The notes under the pieces were generated by a model. That model made no database searches and was not told where the DNA came from. It saw only the letters and a program-made list of their open reading frames with translations. A stretch of 64,000 nt of DNA, from positions 96,001 through 160,000 of the forward strand of contig CAVXTH010000006.1 in NCBI GenBank assembly GCA_963764625.1, written 5' to 3'. Made by a program: the position numbers and the translations under genes. This document shows, piece by piece, positions 31,358-41,730 of this stretch (position 1 is the stretch's first letter; the number at the start of each line of letters is the position of its first letter). This DNA comes from Candidatus Krumholzibacteriota bacterium (GTDB lineage Bacteria > Krumholzibacteriota > Krumholzibacteriia > JAJRXK01).

Positions 31358-33106
31358 ATGAAAAAGGCGATTTTCAACCGGCTCATCGGTCAGCTCAAGG
31401 AGAAGGCCCAGACCCACGGCGGCTACGTGCTCCACGACGAGATCAACAGTCTCCTTTCGGACGAATTCGACATTGGCGAGCTGGATCGAATCTACGACCG
31501 CCTGGGTGACCTTCGGATCGAGTTCTTCGATTCGGAAGAATCGGCCCGTCGCAGAATGGAGCTTCGCGAACGAAAGCGCCTCAAGAAGCTCCGGGCAGAG
31601 AAGCAAGCCACTCGCACTCACGTGAAATACGACGATCCGGTGCGGATGTATCTGCGCGAGATGGGGAAGGTACCCTTGCTCGATCGCGCCGGTGAGGTTC
31701 GCCTCGCCAAGCGCATGGAAGAAGGAAATCTCCGCGTAGTGAAGGCCATGCTCGAGTCGGCCAACACCATCGACGAATTACGCACCCTCGGCGACCGTCT
31801 GTCCCGGGAAGTCCTCGCCGTCGACGACGTCATCCAGACCGACGCGTCTTCGTGGAGCGTCAACACCACTCCCAAGAAGGAAAGCCAGCGCCTTCTGCGC
31901 GCCTGTGATCGCATCTCCAAGTGGCAGGCGGAAATCGCCGCGTCCACTCGGGAGCTCTCCGAGCTTCCCACTCCTGCCCGGGAGAAGACGCTGGAGAAGA
32001 TGATCGAATCTCGCCGCGAGAAGATCCTCGAAGAGTTTTGCGGGCTGCGGCTGATCCAGACCCAGATCGAATCGATGAGCAACGCGCTGCGAGTCGTTCT
32101 GCAGAAGATGGACGACACCCAGCGGCAGATCACCCAGTGCGAGGACTTCCTCGGCCTCTCCTACACCGAGCTCAATCGCACCCAGAAGGAAATTGGCAAC
32201 AAGAAGAGCGTGAAGGTGAAGGGCAAGGGCGAGTTCACGCGCAAGGAGCTGCTGGACTTTCAGAAGAAGATCCGTTCTCTGCGCTCGCGGGTGAAGGGCA
32301 TGGAGGACGCGATCGGTCTCTCCAAGGAGCAACTCACCGTACTGGTCGACGAAATCGAAGCGGGAGAGCGCCAGTTCCAGAAGGCGGTGAAGGACATGAT
32401 CGAGGCCAACGTGCGTCTCGTGATCTCCATTGCCAAGCGCTACACGAATCGGGGGCTGGAATTCCTCGACCTCATCCAGGAAGGCAACAGCGGGCTCATG
32501 CGCGCGGTCGAGAAATTCGATTATCGCAAGGGCTACAAGTTCTCCACCTACGCCACCTGGTGGATTCGCCAGGCCATCACGCGCGCCATCGCCGATCAGG
32601 CGCGGACGATTCGCGTTCCGGTGCACATGATCGAGGCCATCAACAAAGTGAACCGGGTCAACCGTCAGCTCCTGCAAGAATTCGGACGCGATCCCTCTCC
32701 CGCCGAGGTCGCCAAGCGTCTGGATATGCCGGCCGAGAAGGTCACGAGCGTGATGAAGGCCAGTCTCGAACCGGTTTCTCTGGACCGCCCCATCGGGGAA
32801 GACGAAGACTCGAACCTGGGCGATTTCATCGAGGACTCCAATGCCCCCAGCCCGGCCCGCCAGGCGGCACACGCGATGCTGCAGGATCGAATGAACCGGG
32901 TGCTCTCCACCCTGACCCGCCGCGAAGAGAAAGTCATTCGTCTGCGCTTCGGTCTGGGAGACGGAACCCCGCGCACTCTGGAAGAGGTGGGGACCATCTT
33001 CAAGGTCACGCGTGAGCGGGTTCGCCAGATCGAGGCGAAGGCCCTCCGGAAGCTGCGTCACCCATCCCGGGCGAGGAAGCTGAAGGGCTATTCGGAGATC
33101 ATCTAG
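31358..33106 (+). CDS. rpoD: RNA polymerase primary sigma factor
   Basis: [45 protein letters not shown]; region 1.1 present. Confidence 0.98.
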   Translation: MKKAIFNRLIGQLKEKAQTHGGYVLHDEINSLLSDEFDIGELDRIYDRLGDLRIEFFDSEESARRRMELRERKRLKKLRAEKQATRTHVKYDDPVRMYLREMGKVPLLDRAGEVRLAKRMEEGNLRVVKAMLESANTIDELRTLGDRLSREVLAVDDVIQTDASSWSVNTTPKKESQRLLRACDRISKWQAEIAASTRELSELPTPAREKTLEKMIESRREKILEEFCGLRLIQTQIESMSNALRVVLQKMDDTQRQITQCEDFLGLSYTELNRTQKEIGNKKSVKVKGKGEFTRKELLDFQKKIRSLRSRVKGMEDAIGLSKEQLTVLVDEIEAGERQFQKAVKDMIEANVRLVISIAKRYTNRGLEFLDLIQEGNSGLMRAVEKFDYRKGYKFSTYATWWIRQAITRAIADQARTIRVPVHMIEAINKVNRVNRQLLQEFGRDPSPAEVAKRLDMPAEKVTSVMKASLEPVSLDRPIGEDEDSNLGDFIEDSNAPSPARQAAHAMLQDRMNRVLSTLTRREEKVIRLRFGLGDGTPRTLEEVGTIFKVTRERVRQIEAKALRKLRHPSRARKLKGYSEII

Positions 33107-33145
33107 GCTTTGGGCGCGCCGCTTCCAGGGTGGGAGGCGGGCGAC

Positions 33146-33174
33146 TTGACCCCCCGGAAGCGGAATGCTAGCTT
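33146..33174 (+). promoter_or_regulatory. sigma70 promoter for the tRNA pair
   Basis: TTGACC-N17-TAGCTT with an extended -10 TG. Confidence 0.65.
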
Positions 33175-33191
33175 GTCGGACCGGTCATTGT

Positions 33192-33265
33192 GGGCCCATA
33201 GCTCAGTTGGTGAGAGCTGCCGGCTCATAACCGGTTGGTCCCAGGTTCAAGTCCTGGTGGGCCCA
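33192..33265 (+). tRNA. tRNA with CAT anticodon, most likely tRNA-Ile2 (lysidine-modified); CCA not encoded
   Basis: GGGCCCA/TGGGCCC acceptor, CCGG-CT CAT AA-CCGG anticodon arm; lacks the initiator C1:A72 mismatch and GGG/CCC stem; downstream of rpoD. Confidence 0.88.
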
Positions 33266-33279
33266 GTTTCATAGGGGAG

Positions 33280-33356
33280 GGGCGGTTAGCTCAGCTGGCT
33301 AGAGCGCTCGCCTCACACGCGAGAGGTCACTGGTTCAAGTCCAGTACCGCCCACCA
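33280..33356 (+). tRNA. tRNA-Val (CAC)
   Basis: GGGCGGT/ACCGCCC acceptor, CTCGC-CT CAC AC-GCGAG, CCA end. Confidence 0.96.
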
Positions 33357-33506
33357 TCTCCTGGATTCGGACTGACGCACCCCTGCAGGAGGGCCATTGA
33401 AGGTCAGGAAAGTTCTTACGCGCGACGAGACTCCCCAGGGGACCGGTGCCCGTTTGGCCGTAGGCCGAAGCGAGCGTCAGCAGGTCTCGTCTTTGATGAC
33501 TGCACG

Positions 33507-33538
33507 AAAGGGCGCCACCGGCGCCCTTTGTTTTTTTT
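33507..33538 (+). terminator. Rho-independent terminator
   Basis: AAAGGGCGCC-ACC-GGCGCCCTTT followed by G and T8. Confidence 0.85.
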
Positions 33539-33608
33539 GCACATTTCGGCTCCCCATGGCGGACTACGCTCCACCCTTGCAAGGGGCAAGAGTTTCAGGA
33601 GGCATCTC

Positions 33609-34388
33609 GTGGTGAATTCTGTAGACCCCCGCGTTCTTTCACAGCTTTCCGCGCACGACTTCAAAGCGGAGGAGTGCCAGCAGGCCATCCGGTCGATGAA
33701 CCAGCGTCGTGAAACTCTGGCGCAACTCGAACGGGAGTACGCGGCCGAGACGGCACAGGCCAAGACGCGACTCGACGAGCACACACTCCAGATCCGGCAG
33801 GCCGAGTTGGAGGTGGCGGAGATGCATCGCCAATCCAAAGTCCATCAGGGACACCTCAACGAGATCTCCGACAGCCGCGAGTACCGAGCCCTGAACGAGG
33901 AGATCCGCTACATCCAGCGCCAGATCGCCGAAAACGAAGAGAAGACTCTCGGTATCATGGAGGAATCGGAGAAGGCGGCGAAAGCTCTTCAGGAGAGCCG
34001 CGAAGAGTTCAATCGGCGGCGCGCGGAGTTCGATCGCGAACGCGAGCAGATCGAAACAGATCTGGTGGATCAACGCGAGAAACTCGAGACCTACCTGAAA
34101 GTGCGTTCGGAGTTCTACCAGCAGATTCCTCCGGCGACGCGAGAGTTCTACGAGCATCGGAGCAAACGCCAGACCATGCCGGTGGTGTGGATGGACGACG
34201 GCGATTCCTGCGGGCACTGCCACCATCGGCTCACGCCGCAGGCTCGACTCGAAGTGATCAGCGCCAAGAACCTGGTGACCTGCGAGAGCTGCGGGCGGGT
34301 GATCGTCGCTTCCCCCGATGTGATACAAGACGCGGCGCCCCAGGCCAAGGCAGAGCAGGGCAACCATCAGGAGATCTCCAAGCCTTGA
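33609..34388 (+). CDS. Coiled-coil protein with C4-type zinc ribbon (CT398/HP0958-like)
   Basis: Long coiled coil, REYRALNEEI, CGHC...CESCGR; AGGAGG RBS before the GTG. Confidence 0.88.
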   Translation: MVNSVDPRVLSQLSAHDFKAEECQQAIRSMNQRRETLAQLEREYAAETAQAKTRLDEHTLQIRQAELEVAEMHRQSKVHQGHLNEISDSREYRALNEEIRYIQRQIAENEEKTLGIMEESEKAAKALQESREEFNRRRAEFDREREQIETDLVDQREKLETYLKVRSEFYQQIPPATREFYEHRSKRQTMPVVWMDDGDSCGHCHHRLTPQARLEVISAKNLVTCESCGRVIVASPDVIQDAAPQAKAEQGNHQEISKP

Positions 34389-35005
34389 GCTCCGGTGACC
34401 GCAAACGCCTCCTGGAGGAATTGACCAAGGGTCCCGCTTTCGCCCGCGCGGCGAAAGCGGCGGGGTACGACTCCAAGGAGGAGGCGGCAGCGGACTTGGA
34501 GGCACCACTGCCCCGCCGCGCCACCCGCGCTTCGCGCTCCGACCCCGCGGAGGCCCTTCCCGGCGCGTGCTCCGAGCGCTCTCCCTACCCACCTCGCTCG
34601 ACGGCAGTCGCACATTCCGACGGAGCCAGTCGCGGGAACCCCGGGCCGGCATCTTACGGCTGTGTCTACCTCACCGTGGACGGCACGGTTCTCTGCGCCG
34701 AGGGGGCGGTCATCGGCAACGCCACCAACAACATCGCCGAATACCGGGGTGCCATTGCCGCCCTGACCCGCCTGCGGGATTGGGGCGAATCGCAGATCAT
34801 CCTTCGGCTCGACTCCCAACTGATCGCCCGCCAACTCGACGGTAGCTACAAGGTGAAAAACGAGGGCTTGAAGCCCTTGCACGCTCAGGCCAAGGCGATT
34901 CTCGCTGGCTTCTCCTCGGTGAAGATCGAGTACATTCCGCGCAAGCAGAACGCCCTCGCCGACCATTACGCCAACCTGGCGCTGGACGGCAAGCTATCCG
35001 CCTGA
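34385..35005 (+). CDS. rnhA: Ribonuclease HI family protein
   Basis: DGASRGNPG, ATNNIAEY, DSQL, PRKQNALADHYAN; TTG start overlaps the upstream stop. Confidence 0.9.
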   Translation: MSSGDRKRLLEELTKGPAFARAAKAAGYDSKEEAAADLEAPLPRRATRASRSDPAEALPGACSERSPYPPRSTAVAHSDGASRGNPGPASYGCVYLTVDGTVLCAEGAVIGNATNNIAEYRGAIAALTRLRDWGESQIILRLDSQLIARQLDGSYKVKNEGLKPLHAQAKAILAGFSSVKIEYIPRKQNALADHYANLALDGKLSA

Positions 35006-35031
35006 CTAGACTCTGAGAACGATCGCGAGCG

Positions 35032-35407
35032 GAAGCCGGCCAGACGGTCGCGGGCGGTTTGTTGCCGTCCGAGGAAAGTCCGAGCACCACAGGGCAGGAT
35101 GCTGGTTAACGGCCAGAGGGAGTGATCCCAAGGAAAGTGCCACAGAAAACAAACCGCCTACGGGAGCGAATGCTCTCCGGCAAGGGTGAAACGGTGGGGT
35201 AAGAGCCCACCGCCCTCCCGGTGACGGGAGGGGCAGCGGTAAACCCCATCCGGTGCAAGACCAAATAGAGGGGAAGAGGCGGCCCGCCTCGTCTGACTCC
35301 TGGGTTGGTCGCACGAGATCACGGGTAACCGTGATCCAAGATAAATGGTCGTCGTCCCGGCCCTCGTGAGAGTGTCGGGAAACAGAACTCGGCTTACGGC
35401 CGACTTC
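35032..35407 (+). ncRNA. rnpB: RNase P RNA (type A)
   Basis: GAGGAAAGTCC, AGTGCCACAGAAA, GGTAAACCCC, ACAGAACTCGGCTTA conserved boxes; P1 GAAGCCGGCC/GGCCGACTTC. Confidence 0.97.
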
Positions 35408-35494
35408 AGCTCGCCTCGAGTTCTTCGTTCATCGCCGTCGCGTATTCCAGAGGGAGTGGGTGTTTTGGTCGAGAAAGGTCCCGGGCGAACTTGG

Positions 35495-37210
35495 ATGGTG
35501 CCGAACAATCCCCCTCAGGGGGATTTCGAGTTCCTGCGCCAAGAAACGCAACTGCCCAGGCCCGCGATCGAAGTGCTCCTCAACCGTGGCCTGAGTGATC
35601 CCGAGCAGATTCATGCCATGCTGAGTGCGGGCGAGGAGCAACTGAACGATCCCTTCCTCTTGGCCGATCTCGAAGGGGCCGCCCGGCGGCTGGCCCTAGC
35701 CGTGCAGAAAGAAGAGAGGATCGTTGTGCACGGCGATTACGACTGCGATGGAATCGCCGGCGCCGTCATCCTCACCGGAGCGCTGCGTCGACTGGGGGCC
35801 AAGATCGAACCCTTCGTTCCCGACCGCGAGAGAGATGGCTACGGCGTCTCCAAGCGACTGGTTCGTCACGCGGGGAGCAAAGGGGTTTCCCTTCTCATCA
35901 CGGTCGATACCGGCAGCTCGGCGCACGAGGCTCTGAACCTCGCGCTTGAATTGGGAATCGAGAGCATCGTCTGCGACCACCATCTCTTCACCACGCGCCC
36001 CGAGGGCGCGAAATGGTTGATCAATCCCCAGCGCGACGACGACCGTTCACCCAACAAGGGACTGTGCGGCACCGCGGTGGCGTGGAAACTCATCCGCGGA
36101 GTCGAACTCGTTCTGGGACGCGAGGCCGATTCGGCCCGTGAGTTGGACCTGGTTGCTCTGGCCCTCCTTTCCGATCAGATGCCGCTGACGGGAGAGAACC
36201 GCGCGCTGTGCCGCCTGGGTCTTTCGCGCATGCGAAAGGGGGAACGGCCTGGACTGGTCGCGCTGCAGGAGACGGCGCGCATCAACACTTTGCTGCTCGA
36301 CGAACAAGACGTGCTCTACCAGATCGCGCCGCGCATCAATGCGGCGGGAAGGATCGCCTCCGCGCTGCTCGCGGTGGAGCTGCTCCTGGCCGAGGATCTC
36401 TCCCAGGCGCGGCCCTTGGCCTGGGAGCTGGACTCTTCGAACCGCCAGCGTCGGAAGATCGACGCCGCGGTGACCGAGGAGGCGTTCCAGCAGGCGGAGG
36501 AACTTCTAGAGCAAGAGGATCTGGCCGGCCTGGTCCTGGCCAGCACCACCTGGCACATGGGCGTGGTGGGAATCGCCGCCTCGCGCGTGGTCGAGCGCTT
36601 CCACCGTCCCGCAGTGCTCTTGGCGATCGCCGGCGAGGAGGCAAGGGGAAGCGGTCGCAGCGTCGACGGCTTCCACCTCAAGCACGCCCTGGACGAATGT
36701 TCCGAGCATCTGAGCCGTTACGGAGGGCACGCGGCGGCGGCGGGAATGACTCTGGCGCGGGCGAAAATTCCCCAGTTCCGGCGCTCCTTCGCCGCCTCGG
36801 TGGCCCAACTGCCGCTGGATCCGGAGCGGCCGCCGCTGCGGCTGGACGCGCGGCTCCTGCTCAGCGATTTGAATGAGGCTCTGGTCCACTTTCTGCAACG
36901 ATTTGGACCCTATGGACAAGGCCATCCCGAGCCGCTTTTCGGGGCTTTCTCCCTGCTTCGCCAGGATCAACGGGTACTGAAGGAAGCCCATTTGAAGCTC
37001 CAGCTGGCGCAGGGAGGCGTGGGTCGATCCTTCATCGGTTTTGGCCTTGCGCCTGATTTCGCGCATTTTATACAGAAGTGGCCCTCGTTGGATGTGGCGT
37101 TCCACGTGCGGTATCAGCCGCGGGGGTCGTACGATCCCTGGCAGCTTCGAATCAGGGACTTGAGGCAGTCCGAGGGGGCGCTGCCCGGAAAGAAGGAGGT
37201 GAGCTCATGA
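35495..37210 (+). CDS. recJ: ssDNA exonuclease RecJ
   Basis: GDYDCDG, DGYG, DHH, PRINAAGR, RGSGRS, GGHAAAAG. Confidence 0.95.
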   Translation: MVPNNPPQGDFEFLRQETQLPRPAIEVLLNRGLSDPEQIHAMLSAGEEQLNDPFLLADLEGAARRLALAVQKEERIVVHGDYDCDGIAGAVILTGALRRLGAKIEPFVPDRERDGYGVSKRLVRHAGSKGVSLLITVDTGSSAHEALNLALELGIESIVCDHHLFTTRPEGAKWLINPQRDDDRSPNKGLCGTAVAWKLIRGVELVLGREADSARELDLVALALLSDQMPLTGENRALCRLGLSRMRKGERPGLVALQETARINTLLLDEQDVLYQIAPRINAAGRIASALLAVELLLAEDLSQARPLAWELDSSNRQRRKIDAAVTEEAFQQAEELLEQEDLAGLVLASTTWHMGVVGIAASRVVERFHRPAVLLAIAGEEARGSGRSVDGFHLKHALDECSEHLSRYGGHAAAAGMTLARAKIPQFRRSFAASVAQLPLDPERPPLRLDARLLLSDLNEALVHFLQRFGPYGQGHPEPLFGAFSLLRQDQRVLKEAHLKLQLAQGGVGRSFIGFGLAPDFAHFIQKWPSLDVAFHVRYQPRGSYDPWQLRIRDLRQSEGALPGKKEVSS

Positions 37211-39429
37211 TCCGCGGAATCGAATCGACCTCGACAAGCGACTATCTGGATATGGAAGGTCGGATGCGCGCGATCGTGAGCCGTGTCAAGGGCTACCATC
37301 GCAGCGCCGATTTCGAGAAACTCTGGCGCGCGTTCCACCTGGGGCGAAAGGCCCACGACGGACAGAAGCGCCGCAGTGGAGAGCCCTACTTCACCCACGC
37401 GCTCAGCGTGGCGGAGGAACTCACCGAGCTGAGGCTCGACGTTGAGACCATCGTGGCGGGACTTCTCCACGACACGGTGGAGGACACCGGCATCTCTCTG
37501 GATGATCTGCGCCGTGATTTCGGCGAAGAAGTGGCTCTGCTCGTCGATGGAGTCACCAAGATCGGTGAGATCCACTACGAGAATCCGGAAGCCCAGCAGG
37601 CGGAAAACTACCGCAAGCTCCTTCTCACCATCGCCAAGGACATCAGGGTCATTCTCATCAAGCTGGCGGATCGCCTGCACAACATGGCCACACTCGACTC
37701 GATGCCCGAAGATCGCCGCATCGCAATCGCCCAGGAGACCTTGAACGTCTACGCGCCGCTGGCCCACCGCTTCGGGATCGCCCGCGTCAAATGGGAATTA
37801 GAGGACATGGGCTTCAAGACCTTGCATCCCGAGGACTATCTCGAAGTCCAGGCCGCGGTGAACGCCAAGCGCGCGGAACGCGAGAAGATGTTGGAGGAAT
37901 TCCAGAGGCCGCTGATGGCGCGTCTGGAAGAAGCGGGGATCCAGGCCAAGATCCAGGGGCGCCCCAAGCACTTCTATTCGATCTGGAAGAAGATGCAGAG
38001 CCAGGGCGCCAGGAGCATCGAACAGATCTACGACTTGCTCGCGGTTCGCATTCTGGTGAACACGACGGCGGAGTGTTACCACGCTCTGGGAGTCGTGCAC
38101 TCCACCTTCAATCCCATCCACGATCGCATCAAAGACTACATTGCCGCCCCCAAAGTAAATCTCTACCAGTCCTTGCACACCACGGTCCACGGGCCCAACG
38201 GCCACCTCTACGAAGTGCAGATCCGCACCAACCAGATGCACCGTCGGGCCGAGATCGGGATCGCCGCCCACTGGCGGTACAAGGAGGGCATCGACGGCCA
38301 CCTCGACGAGCGAATGGATCAGCAACTGCGTTGGTTCCGCGAGGTGCTCGATTGGCAGCGCGACGTCAGCGACCCACGCGAGTTCATGGATGCCCTGAAG
38401 ATCGATCTCTTCGAGGAAGAGGTGTACGTCTTCAGCCCGGCCGGCGATCTCTTCCGCCTTCCCCACGGCAGTACGCCTCTCGACTTCGCCTTCAGCGTAC
38501 ACAGCGAAGTGGGCTTGCACTGCAGCGGCGCGCGAGTGGAGGGCCGTCTGGTGCCTCTGCGTTACGAGCTCAAGAGCGGCGAGACGGTCGAGATCGTCAC
38601 CCGCAAGAACGCGCAACCGAGTTATCACTGGCTCGACATCGTGAGGACCTCGCGCGCGAAGCACCACATCCGCCACTGGATGAAAGCGCATCAGGTGGAG
38701 CAGTCCATCCGCATGGGGCGCGAAATGATCGAACGCGAGCTCAAGAAGCGGCACGTGAAGCTTCAGCTCGACAAGGAACTCATCGAGGTAGCACAGGCGC
38801 TGGGCCACCAGGAGGTCAGCCGCCTTTTGGCCGCGGTGGGAAGAGGCACCATCGCACTACTGAAGGTCGTCAACCGGATTGCTCCGGAGGAACAGAAGCA
38901 CAAGAGGGCCTCGATTCCTCAACGCCTGCAGCAGGCTCTGAAGAGGCGAGGCCAAGGCGCGGTCCGCATCCAGGGCCTCGACAACCTGATGGTGCGTTTC
39001 GCCAAGTGTTGCCAGCCAGTTCCCGGAGACGTCATCACGGGTATCGTCTCCATCGGGCATGGGGTCTCGATCCATCGCGTCGACTGCACCAACGTGAGCC
39101 AGGGACTGATCGACGAGGACCGCCGGATCGAGGTGGAATGGGACGTTCCGGAGGACGCCGTGTTTCCGGTGCAGCTCAGCGTCATCGGGGAGGACAGAAA
39201 GAACCTGCTCGCCGACATTTCCCGATCGATCGCCGATCTCGACTGCAACATCCAGGCGGGCACTTTCGAGGGCAGCAACGAATACGCGCGGTGCACTTTC
39301 ATGGTCGAGGTCCGCAACCTCCATCATCTCAGCAAGATCATCACGGCCATCCGCAAGATCTCCAGCGTCAGCCGGGTCGAGCGCGCCGTCTTCGCGCAGG
39401 GGGATATTCCGGCCGAGGATCCATCTTGA
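37207..39429 (+). CDS. relA: Bifunctional (p)ppGpp synthetase/hydrolase (Rel/SpoT)
   Basis: HDTVED hydrolase motif, KLADRLHNM, YQSLHTT, TGS domain, CC zinc finger, ACT domain. Confidence 0.95.
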   Translation: MIRGIESTSTSDYLDMEGRMRAIVSRVKGYHRSADFEKLWRAFHLGRKAHDGQKRRSGEPYFTHALSVAEELTELRLDVETIVAGLLHDTVEDTGISLDDLRRDFGEEVALLVDGVTKIGEIHYENPEAQQAENYRKLLLTIAKDIRVILIKLADRLHNMATLDSMPEDRRIAIAQETLNVYAPLAHRFGIARVKWELEDMGFKTLHPEDYLEVQAAVNAKRAEREKMLEEFQRPLMARLEEAGIQAKIQGRPKHFYSIWKKMQSQGARSIEQIYDLLAVRILVNTTAECYHALGVVHSTFNPIHDRIKDYIAAPKVNLYQSLHTTVHGPNGHLYEVQIRTNQMHRRAEIGIAAHWRYKEGIDGHLDERMDQQLRWFREVLDWQRDVSDPREFMDALKIDLFEEEVYVFSPAGDLFRLPHGSTPLDFAFSVHSEVGLHCSGARVEGRLVPLRYELKSGETVEIVTRKNAQPSYHWLDIVRTSRAKHHIRHWMKAHQVEQSIRMGREMIERELKKRHVKLQLDKELIEVAQALGHQEVSRLLAAVGRGTIALLKVVNRIAPEEQKHKRASIPQRLQQALKRRGQGAVRIQGLDNLMVRFAKCCQPVPGDVITGIVSIGHGVSIHRVDCTNVSQGLIDEDRRIEVEWDVPEDAVFPVQLSVIGEDRKNLLADISRSIADLDCNIQAGTFEGSNEYARCTFMVEVRNLHHLSKIITAIRKISSVSRVERAVFAQGDIPAEDPS

Positions 39430-39875
39430 GAGTCGTTCTCCAGAGGGTGAGTCGTGCCGAGGTCCGGGTGGCGGGCGAAGTGACAGGCCGCATCGGCAAG
39501 GGCCTTTTGCTGCTGGCGGGATTTCACGAGGCGGATCGCCCGGAGGACCTCGAGTGGATGGCGCGAAAGTGCGTCGAGGTGAGGGTCTTTCGCGACGACG
39601 GTGGCAAGACCAATCTCAGTCTTCACGAGGTCGAGGGTGAGATCCTGCTCGTGAGTCAATTCACCCTCTACGGCGACTGTCACAAGGGGCGGCGCCCCAC
39701 CTTCCTGCAATCGGCGCCGCCGGAGCTGGCGGAAGCTTCGTACGAGGAATTCACTCGACTCTTGCGCGCACAGGACGTCGCGGTAAAGAGGGGAGTCTTC
39801 GGCGCGCGGATGGAGGTCGAACTCTTGGGTGACGGGCCCTTCACTCTGGTCCTGGAGCGCGGGGGAAGCTCGTGA
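39426..39875 (+). CDS. dtd: D-aminoacyl-tRNA deacylase
   Basis: LRVVLQRV N-terminus, VSQFTLYG, GRRPTF, DGPFT; TTG overlaps the rel stop. Confidence 0.93.
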   Translation: MRVVLQRVSRAEVRVAGEVTGRIGKGLLLLAGFHEADRPEDLEWMARKCVEVRVFRDDGGKTNLSLHEVEGEILLVSQFTLYGDCHKGRRPTFLQSAPPELAEASYEEFTRLLRAQDVAVKRGVFGARMEVELLGDGPFTLVLERGGSS

Positions 39876-40486
39876 GCGCCAACGGCCATCCCTTCTTGCG
39901 GCCTCTGGGCCGGCCGCTCGTCTTGGCCAGCAGAAGTCCACGCCGTGCTGCCATCCTGCGCCAGCACGGGCTCGACTTCGAGGTCCTCCCTCCGGAGATC
40001 GACGAAGATCCCCGTCCCCACGAGGATCCCAGGGAGTACGTTTCCCGGCTGGGAACGGAAAAGGCGCGGCTCGCCGCCACGCAACGTCCCCAGAGCGTGT
40101 GTCTTGGCTGTGACACGGTCGTGCTGCTCGACGGTGAGATGCTGGGCAAGCCGCGCGACGAGAACGAAGCCTGCTCGATGCTCGAGCGCCTGGCAAAAAA
40201 AGAGCACCTCGTACTTTCCTCTCTGGCACTGGTCCAAGCCGAGGAGAACTTCGATCGGGTCGGCCTGCAGGAAACGCGGGTGGGGTTTCGGCCGCTGAGC
40301 CGACGTGAGATCGAAGCTTACGTGGCCACTAACGAGCCCTACGACAAGGCAGGCGGGTACGGAATCCAGGCCTATGGATCGATGCTGGTGGCGTGGATTC
40401 AAGGGTGTTACTTCAACGTCATGGGTTTGCCCTTGGAGGTCCTGCGCCGCCTGTGGGGTGAGTACGCAGAGAGCACGAAGGGCTGA
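39872..40486 (+). CDS. maf: Maf nucleotide pyrophosphatase
   Basis: LASRSPRR, CDTVV, GKP, DKAGGYGIQ, NVMGLP. Confidence 0.93.
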   Translation: MSANGHPFLRPLGRPLVLASRSPRRAAILRQHGLDFEVLPPEIDEDPRPHEDPREYVSRLGTEKARLAATQRPQSVCLGCDTVVLLDGEMLGKPRDENEACSMLERLAKKEHLVLSSLALVQAEENFDRVGLQETRVGFRPLSRREIEAYVATNEPYDKAGGYGIQAYGSMLVAWIQGCYFNVMGLPLEVLRRLWGEYAESTKG

Positions 40487-40504
40487 GACCCGACGGGAGA
40501 CGGC

Positions 40505-41551
40505 ATGCGATATCCTACGGTCGATTACGAGCGCGGCGCGGTTCTGCTTCTCGATCAAACCAAGATTCCGCGCGAGGTGGTGCAGCTCCGCTGCACCGAT
40601 CTTTCTCTCCTGATCGACGCCATCAAGCGGCTAGCGGTGCGAGGTGCTCCGGCCATCGGCGTCGCCGCCGCTCACGGCGCCACCCTCGCGGCCGATCTTT
40701 CCTTGAAGAAAGGCCACGACGCGGCGCGGCTGCGCGAGGAGGTCAAGAGGGCCCTGAAGGAACTCGCCGCGGCCCGCCCCACCGCGGTGAACCTGCACTG
40801 GGCGGTGGCGCGCATGGAGGTGCTTCTCGACTCGACTGCGGAATCGGATGATGCAACGGCGGTGCGCGACGCGCTTGCGGCCGAAGCGGCGGCGATTCAT
40901 CAGGAAGACATTCAGCTCTGCGTGGACATGGGGGTCCACGGCGCGAAGCTCTTGCCCGATCCCTGCACCGTCCTCACGCACTGCAACACCGGAGCCCTGG
41001 CCACCGCGGGCATCGGCACCGCGCTCGGGGTGGTCTACACTGCGGCGCAGCAGGGCAAGAAGGTGAAGGTGTACGTCGACGAGACGCGGCCGCTCTTGCA
41101 GGGCGCGCGGTTGAACACCTGGGAGCTGGCGGAGAACGGCATTCCCGCGATTCTCATTTGCGACGGGGCCGCTGCCTGGACCATGCGCCGCAAGCACATC
41201 GACCTGGTCATCGTGGGCGCGGATCGCATCGCGGCCAACGGAGACGCCGCCAACAAGATCGGCACTTATTCGCTGGCGGTAAACGCGAAGCGCCACGGCA
41301 TCCCCTTCTACGTCGCGGCGCCCTATTCCACTCTCGACTTGAGCCTCGCGTCGGGGGAGGAGATCCCCATCGAGGAGCGGGCGGCCGAGGAGGTGAGCTG
41401 CTTCCACGGGGCCGAGGTCGCCCAGCCCGGGAGCGCCGTCTTCAACCCGGCCTTCGACGTCACCCCGGCCGAGCTGATTACCGGCATCATCACCGAGCGC
41501 GGGGTGTTTCGGGCCCCCTACGGGAAAAACTTTCACCAAAGTTACGCCTGA
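40505..41551 (+). CDS. mtnA: Methylthioribose-1-phosphate isomerase
   Basis: VRGAPAIG, RPTAVNL, THCNTGALAT, ETRPLLQGARL, NPAFDVTP. Confidence 0.95.
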   Translation: MRYPTVDYERGAVLLLDQTKIPREVVQLRCTDLSLLIDAIKRLAVRGAPAIGVAAAHGATLAADLSLKKGHDAARLREEVKRALKELAAARPTAVNLHWAVARMEVLLDSTAESDDATAVRDALAAEAAAIHQEDIQLCVDMGVHGAKLLPDPCTVLTHCNTGALATAGIGTALGVVYTAAQQGKKVKVYVDETRPLLQGARLNTWELAENGIPAILICDGAAAWTMRRKHIDLVIVGADRIAANGDAANKIGTYSLAVNAKRHGIPFYVAAPYSTLDLSLASGEEIPIEERAAEEVSCFHGAEVAQPGSAVFNPAFDVTPAELITGIITERGVFRAPYGKNFHQSYA

Positions 41552-41591
41552 CTCTCAGTGCCCTCGCTCCCGGTCGTCAAGAGGCGGATTC

Positions 41592-41620
41592 TTGACAGAG
41601 GGGGCCCCCACTGATAGATT
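41592..41620 (+). promoter_or_regulatory. sigma70 promoter of the rplM-rpsI(-rpsB) operon
   Basis: TTGACA-N17-TAGATT with an extended -10 TG. Confidence 0.75.
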
Positions 41621-41730
41621 TCTTCTTCTGCCGTCGGAAACCGACGTTTTTCGACCCATTCACGGCAAGGTTGACGCACCGGAAACCGCCCGCGGGCGGT
41701 TGTTGTGCGTCTCTGACGGAGGAAAGTGTC

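Noticed and set aside
33493-33530. TGATGA...GAAA-stem resembling a hammerhead ribozyme core
   Set aside because: The core is UUGAUGA rather than CUGAUGA, stems I and II cannot form, and the hairpin is explained as a terminator.
33609-35407. Zinc ribbon - RNase H - rnpB cluster as a novel RNA-processing system
   Set aside because: This synteny downstream of dnaG-rpoD is already familiar from several phyla.
37791-39875. 694-aa ORF overlapping rel and ending in dtd, suggesting a fusion
   Set aside because: Only the last ~149 codons are Dtd (TTG at 39426). The rest is an R/P/G-rich alternative frame of rel.
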